A DNA stretch of 64,000 bases from an uncultured Chloroflexia bacterium (GTDB lineage: Bacteria; Chloroflexota; Limnocylindria; Limnocylindrales; CSP1-4). The stretch covers positions 32,001 through 96,000 of the forward strand of contig CAVXPZ010000003.1 of NCBI GenBank assembly GCA_963763775.1, written 5' to 3'. Shown in pieces: positions 42,229-53,095 of the stretch (position 1 is the first letter of the stretch; each line of letters starts with the position of its first letter). Under the pieces are notes generated by a model that was given only the letters and a program-made list of their open reading frames with translations, did no database searches and was not told the DNA's origin. The translations under genes and the position numbers were made by a program.

Positions 42229-43074
42229 GCGCGGCCGAGGTCGTCGAGCCGCCCCCGCTGGCCCAGGGGACGCACCCCTTCGCCATCAGGGCTGAGGGCC
42301 TCGGCGTGAAGTACGACCTGCGCTTCAACAAGAAGACGACGATCAGCCGCTCGCTCGGCGAGATCCTCGGGCCGCGGGTCGACGAAGGACTTCTGGGCGC
42401 TCGAGCAAGTCTCCCTCAAGGTCGTCCACGGCGAGTCGCTCGCGGTCATCGGGCCCAACGGCGCCGGCAAGAGCACGCTGCTGCAGGTCCTCGCCGGGAT
42501 CATCAAGCCGTCCGCCGGCGTCGTCGACGTGCGGGGCCACGTGTCCGGGCTGCTCACGCTGGGCGCCGGGTTCGACGTCGACCTCTCGGGGCGCGACAAC
42601 ATCCTGCTCGGCGGGGCGTTCCTCGGTCTCGACGATCAGGTCACCCGCGACCTGATGCCATCGATCGTGGAGTACGCCGACATCGGCGAGTTCATCGACG
42701 CGCCGCTCAAGACGTACTCCTCCGGCATGCGCGCTCGCCTGGGGTTCGCGATCGCGACGTCGGTGAACCCCGACATCCTGCTGCTCGACGAGGTCCTCGC
42801 GACCGGCGACGCCACGTTCCGCGAGAAGTCGAAGCTGCGGGTGATCGAGATCGTGAAGGCCGCGAAGGCCGTGGTCCTCGTCACGCACGACATGACGTGG
42901 GTGACCGAGTACTGCAATCGGGCGATCCTCATCGAGGGCGGCCACGTGGTCGCCGAGGGCGAGCCGGCGGACGTCGTGGAGCTGCATCGGCAGCACACGG
43001 AGGAGGCCCGGGCCGCCAAGCTCGCGGCCGCCCAGGCAGCGGGGCTGGACTCCGCGGCGATCGCCCCGCGCTGA
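42225..43074 (+). CDS. Polysaccharide/teichoic acid export ATPase (TagH/Wzt-like; frameshift near 42372)
   Basis: FWALEQVS, GPNGAGKST, YSSGMRARL, LLDEVLATGD. Confidence 0.9.
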
Positions 43075-43125
43075 CCCCGGCGGCCGGTCGTGCGGGCCGC
43101 GCCGGCCGCGTGGGCCGAGCCGCGA

Positions 43126-43848
43126 CTACCTTCGGCGCAGGATCCCGACGAGCAGGCCGAAGACCGCCCCGAACGCCAGCGCCCCGCGCCAGTCCAGCAG
43201 GGCCTTCACGTTCCCGTCGACGTCCTTGGCGATGAGCAGGAAGACCGCGCTCGTCCGCTCGAACGTGGCCGACCGCGCGATCGCGGTCCCGATCGCGCCC
43301 TGTTCGAACCGCAGGTCGCGCGCGATCGCCGACCGGACGTAGCCCTGGCTGACCCGGACCTCGGACCCGACGGCGAGGCCGAGCGCACCCAGCTCGAGCG
43401 AGACGCGGTCGGCGCGGGCGAACCCGATCGCGCCCTGGCTGACCGCCACATCGGTCGCGTCGGCCCGGCCGATCGCGCCCTGGCGGACGTCGAGCTGCTC
43501 GACGTTCGCGACGTTCACGCCCCCTTGCGTGATCGAGAGCGTGCGCGCCTCGACGGTGTCCGCTCCGCCGTGGTCGATCGACACGTGGTCGGCGCGGACG
43601 ACGCCGGCATCACCGGGCATCGCCGCAGTGACGGCGGCGAGGACCTCGGGTGGGGCCATCACGGCTTTCGGTGCGCGGGCTGGACGTGCGGCCGGGGCCG
43701 CCGGCGCGGCCGAGCTCGAGGCGGTCGGCGCCGCCTTCGGCGGGCGCGGTTTCGAGGCTGACGTGGCCTTCGCCTCGGTCGCCTTGGCTCGGCGTGCCCT
43801 GGCCTTGGGCGGGACGGGCTCGGTCGGGTCGTCGGATCGGTCGGCCAT
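43126..43848 (-). CDS. Hypothetical protein with 15-residue tandem repeats and C-terminal TM anchor
   Basis: GAGGA RBS; Ala/Lys/Pro-rich N-terminus, about 8 repeats, terminal ALAFGAVFGLLVGILRRR. Confidence 0.75.
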   Translation of the reverse strand: MADRSDDPTEPVPPKARARRAKATEAKATSASKPRPPKAAPTASSSAAPAAPAARPARAPKAVMAPPEVLAAVTAAMPGDAGVVRADHVSIDHGGADTVEARTLSITQGGVNVANVEQLDVRQGAIGRADATDVAVSQGAIGFARADRVSLELGALGLAVGSEVRVSQGYVRSAIARDLRFEQGAIGTAIARSATFERTSAVFLLIAKDVDGNVKALLDWRGALAFGAVFGLLVGILRRR

Positions 43849-44049
43849 GGCAGCATCCTCGTTGGGCGGTCGGGTCCCCGACCGGTACGCCCGTCGTGTT
43901 CGGCACAAGCCTACCCCCGACCCGGACCCGATGCGACGCGGCGGCCCCGCCGCACGCCGATCTCGCGAGCGTCCTGTATCCTCCGCCTGCGTTTGGCGCG
44001 AGCTCGCCTCGCTCGGGGATCGGGAGCGACGCGCACGAGGGTGACACGA

Positions 44050-45294
44050 GTGGACCGTAGGATCCTGGCGCGACCCTGGGTGGTCGCCTCCGTGGCCGGC
44101 GTCGCGATCGTCGGGGCACTGGGCATCGGCATGGTCGCCGGCGGGGCCATCGCGGGCGGGACCTCCAGCGCGAGCCCGCCACCGGTCGCCGACGTGTCCC
44201 CGAGCCCGGCCGCGACCGCGACCGCGAACTCGACGCCCGGCGAGCCGGCGTCGCCGACCCCCGAGCCCACGCCGACACCGCTCCCCACGCCGACGCCCAC
44301 GCCGAGCCCGGTGCCGACGCCATCGCCGGTCGCGGCACCGCTCACCGGGGCCCTGGTCCCGCCGGCCGTCGCCAAGCGGCGACCCATCGCGGTGATGATC
44401 GACGACCTGCGTGCGGCGCGACCCCAGTCCGGTCTCGCCTCGGCGGACGTCGTGTGGCAGGCTCCTGCCGAGGGCGGCATCCCGCGCTATATGGCGATCT
44501 TCCAGACGACGGTGCCCAAGGACGTCGGCCCGGTCCGAAGCTCGCGCTACTACTACATCGCCTGGGCCGCGGAGTGGCGGGCCGCCTACGCCCACGCCGG
44601 CGGGTCGCCGCAGGCGCTCGCGACCCTGCGCTCGAAGGGGAACGGCCAGCTCGTCTACAACGTGGACGGCTTCCGGTTCGGCGGGTCGTTCCGGCGCATC
44701 ACGTGGAAGGCGCCGCCCCACAACCTGTACGTCACGGGCAAGAAGCTGCGCAGCCTCAGCAAGCTCGTCGGCGCCAAGGACAAGGCCTTCCAGCCCGCCT
44801 GGCAGTTCGCCCCGGACGCCCCGCTCGACGCCCGCCCGTACGGCGGCACGATCTCCGTGCGCTACCTGGCCAACGCGATCAGCTACAAGTACGACCGAAC
44901 GACCAACACGTACCTGCGATCCGTCACCGGGGAGAGCAAGGAGAAGGACGAGGCCGACAAGCGCCGGATCGCCCCGAAGAACGTCGTGGTCATGCTCATG
45001 CACTTCGGCGCGCTCAACGACGGCTCGCACAAGCACCGCCTCGAGGCCACGGTCGTCGGCAGCGGGCCGGCCTGGATCAGCACGAACGGCAAGACCATCA
45101 AGGGCACCTGGAAGAAGACGGGTCTCACCAAGCCGACCCAGTTCTTCGACAAGGACGGCAACGAGGTCACGCTCACGGTCGGCCAGACGTTCGTCCAGGT
45201 GATGCCATACGGCTCGCCGATCTCGTTCAAGAAGGGCGCCACGACGCCCCCGGCGGGCGCGACGCCCTCAGCGACCCCGACGCCGACCCCCTGA
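44050..45294 (+). CDS. DUF3048 (YerB-like) membrane-anchored protein
   Basis: RPIAVMIDD, ARPQSGL, EGGIPRYMA, GPVRSSR, APPHNLY. Confidence 0.9.
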   Translation: MDRRILARPWVVASVAGVAIVGALGIGMVAGGAIAGGTSSASPPPVADVSPSPAATATANSTPGEPASPTPEPTPTPLPTPTPTPSPVPTPSPVAAPLTGALVPPAVAKRRPIAVMIDDLRAARPQSGLASADVVWQAPAEGGIPRYMAIFQTTVPKDVGPVRSSRYYYIAWAAEWRAAYAHAGGSPQALATLRSKGNGQLVYNVDGFRFGGSFRRITWKAPPHNLYVTGKKLRSLSKLVGAKDKAFQPAWQFAPDAPLDARPYGGTISVRYLANAISYKYDRTTNTYLRSVTGESKEKDEADKRRIAPKNVVVMLMHFGALNDGSHKHRLEATVVGSGPAWISTNGKTIKGTWKKTGLTKPTQFFDKDGNEVTLTVGQTFVQVMPYGSPISFKKGATTPPAGATPSATPTPTP

Positions 45295-45308
45295 CCCGGC
45301 GCGGCCCC

Positions 45309-46617
45309 TCAGGCGGTCCGCACGCCCACCGCCGCATAGACCTCGCGCGTGGCGCGGGCCACGTCCGACCACGATCGCCGGCCCATGACGGCGCGTTCGC
45401 GTGCCCCGGCCGCGATCCCGGCGTGGACCCGGTCCTCGGCCCAGACCGCGCGAAGCGCCACCGCCAGCCGGTCCGCATCGCGCGGCTCCACCAGCACGCC
45501 CGCGGACCCGACCAGGTCAGTCAGGGCGCCGACCGATGAGGCGATGACCGGCGTGCCGCAGGCGAACGCGTCGATCGCCGCGAGGCCCGCCGCGTCCGAG
45601 ACCAGCGGCAGGAGGACCGCTCGCGCGTCGCGGACGAGGCCGGCGACCACGGGCGCCGGGAGTCGTCCCGCATAGGTCAGCAGGTCGCCGACGTCGAGTC
45701 GGGCCGCGGCCCGGGCGATCGCGGCCCGGTCGTCGGGGCTCGCGCCCACGACGAGGACCCGCGGCGGCCACGCGACGGACGCCGCGAGCGTGTCGGGCCG
45801 TCCGCCGCGCGCGAGCGCCGCCAGCGCCCCCAGGAGGGTCGCGAGGTCGTGCCTCGCGTCGTACCGGCCGGCGTAGACGAAGTACCGGTCCGGCACGCCG
45901 AGTCGTTCGCGCTCGCGGGCGGCGTCGTCGCGCGCCGCGGCGGTCGTGCCCGGATCCCGGTCGCCCATCGCGGCGAACGCGGCCTGCGGCGCGAGGCCGA
46001 CCACGTGGACCCGGTCGGCCCGCAGGTGGACGAGCCGGCGCGCCGCCGCCGCCACCGATGGCGTGGCGACGATCACCGCTCGCGCCTCGCGCAGCAGCTG
46101 CGACCGGAGCCGCTGCCCGAACCGGCTCGAGGCGGTGCGGCCGAAGGCGTCCGGCAGCTCCCACGGCGCGAGGTCGAGGAGCGTCACGACGACCGGGCAG
46201 GCCCGACGCGATCGGGAGCGGGCCGCTGCCGGCCATGTGATACACGGCTCCGGCCGCCCCGCCGCGCTCGGCTCGCCACGCCGCGCCAAGGGATGCCCCG
46301 CGGAGCAGGAACGGGTCGATGGTCATCGCGCCCGACCGCAGGAGGCGGGTCGGCGGGAGCAGGCGGCGGCCGATGACCTCGAGTCCGCCGAAGCCGGCCG
46401 TCGGGTCGTCGAGGTCGCTCCGGAGCAGGAACGCGAACGACTCCCCCTCGAGGGGATCCGCGTCATAGGCGCCCAGGAGTCCCTCGAGGTAGGCCGAGGT
46501 GAGCGGAGCACGGTCGGGCTCCTGCAGCGGCCTGGCATCGAGGACGACCCGCATCCCGGGGATGGCGGCCGGCGAGGGCGCGGCTCCGAGCACCCAGCCG
46601 TCGGACGGCGGGGTCAC
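45309..46617 (-). CDS. GT4 family glycosyltransferase (frameshift near 46200)
   Basis: MRVVLDARPLQ, VVTLLDLAPW, FVYAGR, DAFACGTPVIAS. Confidence 0.82.
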
Positions 46618-47367
46618 CGGCTCGGGCGCCGCCGGAGCCATCGATCGCGCAACTCCTCGGCCCGCAACTGGACGACCACGACGAGCGCCTCGACGAGGAT
46701 GCGCCGGGACATCTTGCTCTGCCCGGCGCGGCGGTCCTGGAAGGTGATCGGGACCTCCGTGATCCTGGCGCCACGGCGGTCGGCGCGGAACGTCATCTCG
46801 ATCTGGAACACGTAGCCGCCGGCGTGGATGCCGTCGAACGGGACGTCGGCGAGCGTGGACGCACGCCAGGCCTTGAACCCGCCCGTCAGGTCGCGAGGGG
46901 ACAGCCGCAGGACCGTTCGGGCGAATAGGCTCCCGCCGCGCGAGATGAACCGTCGGACGAAGCCCCAGTCGACGACGCCGCCGCCGGGCACGTAGCGCGA
47001 TCCGATGACCAGGTCGTCGCTGGTCCTCGACGATCGGGGCGAGGAGCGCGGGCAGGACCGCCGGGTCGTGGCTGAAGTCGGCGTCCATCTGGACGACGAC
47101 CTCCGCACCGCCGTCGAGCGCGACGCGGAACCCGTCGAGGTAGGCGCGGCCGAGGCCCTGCTTCGCCTTGCGATGTCGGACCCGGATCCGGGCGTCGATG
47201 GCCGCGAGGTCGTCGGCCAGCCGGCCCGTGCCGTCGGGCGACCCGTCGTCGACGACGAGCAGGGTGGCGGCCGGCAACGATTCGAGGATCGCCGTGGAGA
47301 TCGGGCCGATGTTGTCGGCTTCCTGGTAGGTCGGCAACACCACCCAGACGCCCGCGCCGTTCGTCAT
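46614..47367 (-). CDS. Polyprenol monophosphomannose synthase-like GT2 (frameshift near 47020)
   Basis: VVLPTYQE, VDDGSPDGT, GLGRAY, QMDADFSH, GSRYVPGG, DLTGGFK, GYVFQIE. Confidence 0.9.
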
Positions 47368-47396
47368 CGCCGGCAAGTGTAGGGTGCGAGGCGCGG

Positions 47397-49905
47397 TCAG
47401 TGCGCCTTGACGGTCACGTCGCGGGTGAACCGTGTGGTCCCGAACCGGCTCGTGGCGAGCACGATGATCGTGTATCGGCCCGGCTTCGCGTACGACCCGG
47501 TGCTCGTCTTCCCGTCCCAGGTCCAGGTCGAGGCGCCGGTCTTCACGGCGTGATCCGTCCAGATCGGTCGGACCCGCTTCCCATCGCGATAGATCGCCGC
47601 CGTGACCCGAGCGGCCCGTCGGACCGTCACGGTGACTCGGCTCGACTGCCTGGCGCGCGGATCGAACGCGGCGGACGACCAGCGGACGCCGGAGATCGTG
47701 CGGTCGACGAGGATCGGGCGGTCGACCACGGTGCGGTTGCCGCCGCGGTCTCGGGCGTCGACGCGGAATACGTACCGACCGTCGGCCACGGTGCGGCCCG
47801 CGGCGTCCTTGCCGGTCCACGTGGTCGACCACCGGACGCCGGCCGGGAACGACCAGGCCCGCACGGCCTTGCCCGTGCCCGTGCGGATGGAGGCGGATCC
47901 CGTGACCTTCTCGGAGGAGGTCCACGAGAGCACGACGCTGTCGGCGTACCGGTCCCCGTCCGGGGAGAGGAAGGACCGGGCGGCCACGGACGTGACGCCG
48001 GCCCGCTTCGTGTCGAGGACGACGTCGAAGGTGCGCTGCGCACGGTTGTGCGAGATATCCGCGGCCCAGAGCGTGATCCGGTACGTGCCGTCCTTGGCGC
48101 GCGCGCCGGCGGAGGTCGTGCCGTCCCAGGTGACCTTGGGGACCTTGCCGGTCTTCGTTCCCGACCGGATGGGCTTGCCCACCGTCGTCCCGGAGACCCG
48201 GGCGATCCGATAGCCCCAGGTGATGAGGCCGGTGGCCTTCAGGCTGGCGGTCACGGTGTCGAGTCGGGAATCGCCGTTCGGGGAGAGCACCGTTCCCGAG
48301 ACCGTCGCGCTGGTGATGACCGGCGGGACCGTGTCGGTGATGAACTTGTCCTTGATCGCCTGGTACAACTCCGGGCGGGTCCCGTCGTACCCGAGCGCCC
48401 AGATCCCGATGCCGCGCAGGCCGTAGGCGTTGACGAGGTCGTACTTGGCCTTGAGGGCCTTGACGTCGTCGTAGTACAGCTGTCGCCACGCGGTCACGCA
48501 GCCGTAGGTCTTCGTGCACGTCTGGCGCTTGTAGGCGGTCCAGGCGACGCCCTCGGTGGCGTCGTACCGGCGGCCGTAGCCGGACACCAGGTCGCGCGCG
48601 TTGTCGTACACCGCCGTCGCCGACGGTCCGTACTTCGTCCCCGAGACGTTCCTCGCCCCGAGCTTGTCGCTCGAGGTCGACCAGGCGCGTCCGTAGTACG
48701 GCACCCCGAGGATCAGCTTCGAGGCCGGGACGCGATCCAGGTACGACTTGATGGTGTCGCGGACGTCGTACGTCGGGCCGCCGATGGGGGCGACGGAGCC
48801 GACGGTCCTCGAGCTTGGAGGTGCGGTAGTCGTAGCCCATGACGAAGATCGCGTCCGCGCCACCGGCCTTCGTGGCGTCCTCGACCGGGTAGTTGCCGAT
48901 CCAGCCGGTCGTGTCGAACGTCAGCTGGTAGCCACGCGCTGACGCGTTCAGGGCGGCCCGGACCTTGCGGACGAGCGCGGTGAACTCGTCGGCGTAGCCC
49001 GACGCGATCGGCTCGAAGTCGAGGTTGACGCCGTCGGCGCCCCGATCGCGCACGGCGGCCGCGATCTGCCGCGCCAGGTTCGCCCGGGCGGTCGGGCTCG
49101 CCAGCAGGGCCTTCTGTCGCCTGAGCCCGGTCGTGGACCAGGCGAAGCTCTGGACCGTGAGCACGACCCGTGCATGGCTCGCGTGCGCGGCGTTGATGAC
49201 GCTCGTCATCCGCGAGCTCGTCCAGCCGCTCCACCCGACGGTCGTCGCGCCGGAGCCGTTGGTCTTCATGAGGTTGCCGCGCCCGTCGGCCCCGACGCCG
49301 AAATAGGCCACGGTCGAGATCTTGTCCCAGTCGAGCCGCGTGGAGCTGTCGCTCAGCTCCCAGTACGGGAGGAAGCCGAAGACCTCGCGCCGGAGGGCGC
49401 CGGGATCGACGGCCGCGGCGAGCTCGAATGTCGGCGGGTCGTTCGCGTCCCACGCGGTGCGCTTGGCCGCGACGATCGAGCGCGGGTCGAGACTCGGGCG
49501 GTCGTCACCCGCGAGCCGTCCGGCCGAACCCAGCTTCGAGATCCCCGCGATGCGCGGCGGGGTCCGCATCGCCCGACCCGAAGCGCGTCCAGCGGGGAGC
49601 GCACGCGAATGGCGGCCGTCAACGGTCCAGCGGTCGCTCGCCTTCGGCGTGAACGGCACGGTGACGCGGTCGCCGGGCGCGAACGCGATCTGGTCGCCGG
49701 CGTGCTTGAGGGCATCCTCGTAGTGGACGGTCGGCTGCAGCCCGCCGTCGCGCGGCGCCGGTCCGGCGGCGGCCACGGCGGTCGGCGCCATCCCGGCGAG
49801 CACGAGCAGCCCGAGCACGACCGCCGCGCGCCGCTGACCGGCGCGGGGAGCATGACGAGCGTGGGGGCCGGACGGCAGGGAGAGCATCGACACGACGGTC
49901 CTCAT
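47397..49905 (-). CDS. Secreted GH18 glycoside hydrolase with C-terminal FlgD-Ig-like modules (frameshift near 48815)
   Basis: Signal peptide; FGFLPYW, ADGVNLDFE, VMGYDY, LILGVPYYG, GIGIWALGYD; SPNGD/SPDGD and WDG modules. Confidence 0.88.
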
Positions 49906-50055
49906 GGGTCTGGGGGACGTGGTCGACCGTAGCCCTGGCCCTGGAGGGCGGCAAGGGGACGAAGGTCCGGTTCGGGACCGGTACGGAGTCTTCCGGTGCG
50001 GACCGGGGTAGTCGCGTGAGCACTTCGACCGTCGCCGTGCCGGGTGGCGCGACGG

Positions 50056-52328
50056 TCAGTGGATCGGGTAGCGCCTCGTCGTGGCCTGCTTCCCGCCGTA
50101 CTTGTCGGTCCCGCTGACCCGCAGGGCGGCGGTGCCGGCGCGGCCGCCGGTCTTGAGATGGATCGAGACGCGGTACTTGTACGTCGAGACCTTGGTCATC
50201 GCGACGCTCCACGTCGTCTTGCCCGGCTGGGAGATGTAGACGCGCGGTGCCTTCGCGAGCGGCTCGGCGGACGTCGCGTAGACCGTGATGGTCTGCCCGC
50301 GCCCCGGCGTGGCGTCCGAGGCGGAGATCGCGAAGGCGTCGATCTGGAAGGCGACCGCCTGGCTCACGGTCGCCGTGCCGTCCGTGGCGGTCACGACCGC
50401 CGAGTACCGGCCCGGCGCCAGCCAGGCGCCCTGTCGTCCTTGCCGTAGAAGTTGCGCGTCGTCGTGCCGGCCGTCGTCGGCGCGCCGGCGAGCAGCGTCG
50501 CGACGGTGTCGCCGGCCGCATCGCGGACCGTCCAGTCGACCGTCGCGTCCCGCGTCAGCTTGAAGCCGAGCGCGGTGGCCTTGGCCAGGGTGTCCGCGTC
50601 GTTCGGATAGAAGATGGTCTTCGAGCTGGTCACGAAGCCGAGCGAGGTGACCACCCGGACCGGCCGCGACACGATCGCCCCCGAGTTGCCGGCGAGGTCA
50701 CGCGGCAGGACGCGGAACGAATAGGTCCCATCGGGGACGACGTGCCCGTCGTGATCGCGACCGTCCCAGCTCACGGTCGTGCCGCCCGGACCGTTCGAGA
50801 CGACACCATCCGCGACACGGATGCCGCCGGCGTCGTAGACGCGCGTGATGAGGGTGCCCGGCTCGCCGGTCGTCGCGGTCCAGGCGACGGTGTCGCGCGA
50901 GCCGTCGCCGTTCGGCGAGAACCACCGGTCCGCGTCCGCGTCCGGGGTCACCGACGACAGCTCGGCCGGGACGGTGTCGATCGTGAGCTTGCCGGTCTTG
51001 GTGGTCGGGCCGTTCCCCCAGGCGTCCTGCGCCTGCACCGAGAACGTGTACGCGCCGTCGGGCAGCGCCGTGCCACCGGCCAGGCCGTCCCACGTCACGG
51101 CGAAGTCGCGGCCGGTGCCGGTCTGTTGCTTGAGCACGGTCTCGCCGTCGAGGATCTGCACCCGCCAGGCGACCGACTCGGAGAACCGGCCCGACAGGCT
51201 GCCGACATCCGAGCGGCCGTCCCCGTTCGGGGAGAAGACGCCACCCGCGGTATCCACGGACCAGATGGCCGGCGCCTTGCTGTCACGGGGGATGAGCGCC
51301 GAGGTGAGCACCCATCCGGTGACCGACGGGTCGTCGAGGCCCTCGACGAGGACGGCCGGGTCCGGCTCGCCGGAGGCGAGGCTGGCGGTCTGCTCGACGA
51401 CGCGGAGGCGGGTCCCGGCCGGGATCGTGCCCGCCGGCTGGCCATCTGCGTCATAGAGCGCGGCGCCGGCGGTGCCGACCTGGGCGTTGCCCGGGACCGT
51501 GAGCGCCGCCGGGTCGATCCCGGAGTCGGCGTAGTCGGCGCCGGTCACCTCGTCGGTCGTGAGGCCCGGCCGCCAGACGAGCGAGCGGTAGTAGCCGGCC
51601 GTCGCCGAGTCGGTGTCGGTGAGGGCGATGGCGCCTGGGGTCCGCGACGAGGCGAACGACGAGACGTGGTCGTGGAAGTCCGGCGCGGCCCGCCAGAGCT
51701 CGTCGATGGAGGCGTGGGTCGTGAACAGCGCCCGGATGTACGACGAGGCGTCGCCGTGCCCGTCGGCGATCACCGCCTGCGCCGCCTTCAGGAACCCGGC
51801 GCCGTAGTTGTCGACCCGCTTGCGGGCGGTCGAGACGCTCGGCGCCGCCCCGCCCGGCTCGGAGTTGCCCGACGCGTAGCAGAGGTGGCTCAGGATGACG
51901 ACCGCGTTCGGCGCGAGCTCCAGCGTCGAGACGTACGGCTCGCCGTAATACTTGTTGTTGTAGTCGCCGGCACCCGCGGTCGCGTTGAGCCCGAACCCGT
52001 CCTTGGTCGTGTACTTGGCGTCGTAGGTGTAGGGGCTCGGCCAGCCGTTCCCGTGCCCCAGGTACACGACGATCGAGGCGCCCTTGGTCGCGGACTTGAC
52101 CTTCGACCACGTCGCGTTGGGGCTGTAGACCTTCACGACGTTCGACGTGTACTTGATGGCCTCCGCATAGACCTCGTCCGCGTCGGCGCGGTAGCCCGCG
52201 GTCGCCCCGTGGGTCGCGCCGACGATGATCACGACCTTGGGTCCGCCGGACGCGGCGCTCGCGGCGGGCACCACGACACCGAGCGCGGCGACGAGGGCAA
52301 CGACCAGGGCGACGACGGACTTGCGCAA
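50056..52328 (-). CDS. Secreted multidomain protein: His/Cys peptidase-like domain, SH3-like domain, FlgD-Ig-like modules (frameshift near 50432)
   Basis: Signal peptide; VYLGHGNG...ILSHLCYASG; IPAGTRLRVV...GWV; FSPNGDG twice and repeated WDG...DGxY. Confidence 0.75.
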
Positions 52329-52498
52329 GGGGCGAGCGACTCCGGGATGCAGGGACCGATCGATCGGTGGCCAGCGTCGGCTGCCGTCGCTCCCCGCTCA
52401 ATCGCAGGAAGGTCCCCCCGGGTCGTAGCCCGTTCGGAGGGCGCCGGTAGGGTTCCGGGTGGAGGGGTGGGGTCCGGGAGAGGCCGAGGCGGGTCCCG

Positions 52499-53095
52499 TC
52501 AGCGACCGGCGTCGCGGAGGCGCACCACCAGCTCGGCGAGCGGCGGGTTCGAGCGGTCGCGGTCGGACAGGACCGGCCGGCCGTCGGGGGTCACGTCGAG
52601 ATGCGGCCATGGCACGGCCGCGAGCGCGTCGTCCCAGGCGAACCCGAGCTCGTCGGCCCCGTCGTACTCGTTGGTGACCAGGTAGATGAGCTCGAGCGGG
52701 TCCAGGGCCAGGAACCCGTGGGCGACGCCGGTCGGGATCGCCACCCAGTCGTCGGCGGCGAGCTCGCGCGTCTCGACGGCCGGCGCCGGGCCACCCGCGA
52801 GCATGGGCCGGATGTCGACGAGCGCGACGAACGCCCGTCCGCTCGCCATGAGCCAGTAGTCGAGCTGCCGACGATGGAGGTGCAGGCCGCGCAGGACGCC
52901 GGCCGCCGAGACCGACAGGTTGGCCTGGACGAAGGTCGGCGGGGATCCGGGCGTGGACCCGGCGTCGGCCGGATCGATCGGGCCGAAGGCGCTCGCGCGC
53001 CACACCTCCCGGAACGAGCCGCGCGCATCGCCGAACCGGTCGACCGCGCCATAGCGGACGCCGGGGAGGGCCGAGGCGGGGCGCGCCGGGCTCAT
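52499..53095 (-). CDS. rmlC: dTDP-4-dehydrorhamnose 3,5-epimerase
   Basis: DARGSFRE, QANLS, GVLRGLH, IPTGVAHGF, LSDRD. Confidence 0.92.
   Translation of the reverse strand: MSPARPASALPGVRYGAVDRFGDARGSFREVWRASAFGPIDPADAGSTPGSPPTFVQANLSVSAAGVLRGLHLHRRQLDYWLMASGRAFVALVDIRPMLAGGPAPAVETRELAADDWVAIPTGVAHGFLALDPLELIYLVTNEYDGADELGFAWDDALAAVPWPHLDVTPDGRPVLSDRDRSNPPLAELVVRLRDAGR

Noticed and set aside
44200-44345. Short tandem ccgacg-type repeats (also 6840-6990, 63180-63260)
   Set aside because: They encode ordinary Pro/Thr/Ser linkers of secreted or membrane proteins.
45517-49905. 1462-aa ORF joining GH18, GT2 and GT4 segments
   Set aside because: Artefact of frameshifts and scarce stop codons in high-GC DNA; three separate genes with their own starts.
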